Source: a virus
Lineage: Duplodnaviria; Caudoviricetes
Strand: one strand, 5' to 3'
IMG/VR virus record: IMGVR_UViG_3300020576_004709
Coordinates: 1 to 64,000 of that record
Length of the DNA stretch: 64,000 nt
Part shown: positions 63,924-64,000 of the stretch, piece by piece
How the letters are laid out: each line of letters starts with the position of its first letter
Position numbering within the stretch: position 1 is the stretch's first letter
Made by a program: the position numbers and the translations under genes
Notes under the pieces: generated by a model
Seen by the model: the letters and a program-made list of their open reading frames with translations, nothing else
What the model was told of the DNA's origin: nothing
Databases searched by the model: none

Positions 63924-64000
63924 GCTTAACAAGCCAAATCTGTCAAGTAATCTCAGGCTTTCGGCCGGCCCGACAACCGCGAAAGTTCCTGGTTGATGAA

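Noticed and set aside
63214-63996. ORFs 63214..63732 and 63748..63996 as genes
   Set aside because: No RBS, atypical codon use, and the first is built partly from the repeat array

Overview
64 kb of a GC-rich tailed phage or prophage, almost certainly of a Planctomycetota host (a TIGR02996-type protein and a planctomycete-style Flp pilin are present). Nearly all genes are on the minus strand. From the right end: an ~870-bp non-coding, structured region; a 3502-aa ORF in which a Mu-type (DUF935) portal is fused to ParB-like, N6-adenine methyltransferase and SNF2 helicase (DarB-like) domains and which carries nested genes in other frames; Mu-like head genes; tail tube, chaperones with a -1 frameshift site and tail proteins; a mucin-like Thr/Cys-rich protein followed by two GT-A glycosyltransferases; a Flp pilin; and a holin/secreted-protein/papain-like protease cluster. 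A rightward island at 17.9-21.6 kb holds an XRE regulator, tRNA-Pro, an atypical tRNA-His, three tandem Y RNAs (two canonical-shaped, one tRNA-mimic YrlA type) and a Ro60/TROVE gene. The left part holds early genes: YqaJ, RecT, a DUF1376 replication initiator with iteron-like repeats, HD hydrolase, HerA-like ATPase, DUF5131, a Dam-like methylase, ASCH and many hypotheticals. No terminase, integrase, CRISPR array or canonical peptidoglycan hydrolase was recognised. All family assignments come from motif recognition by eye; no database search was run.
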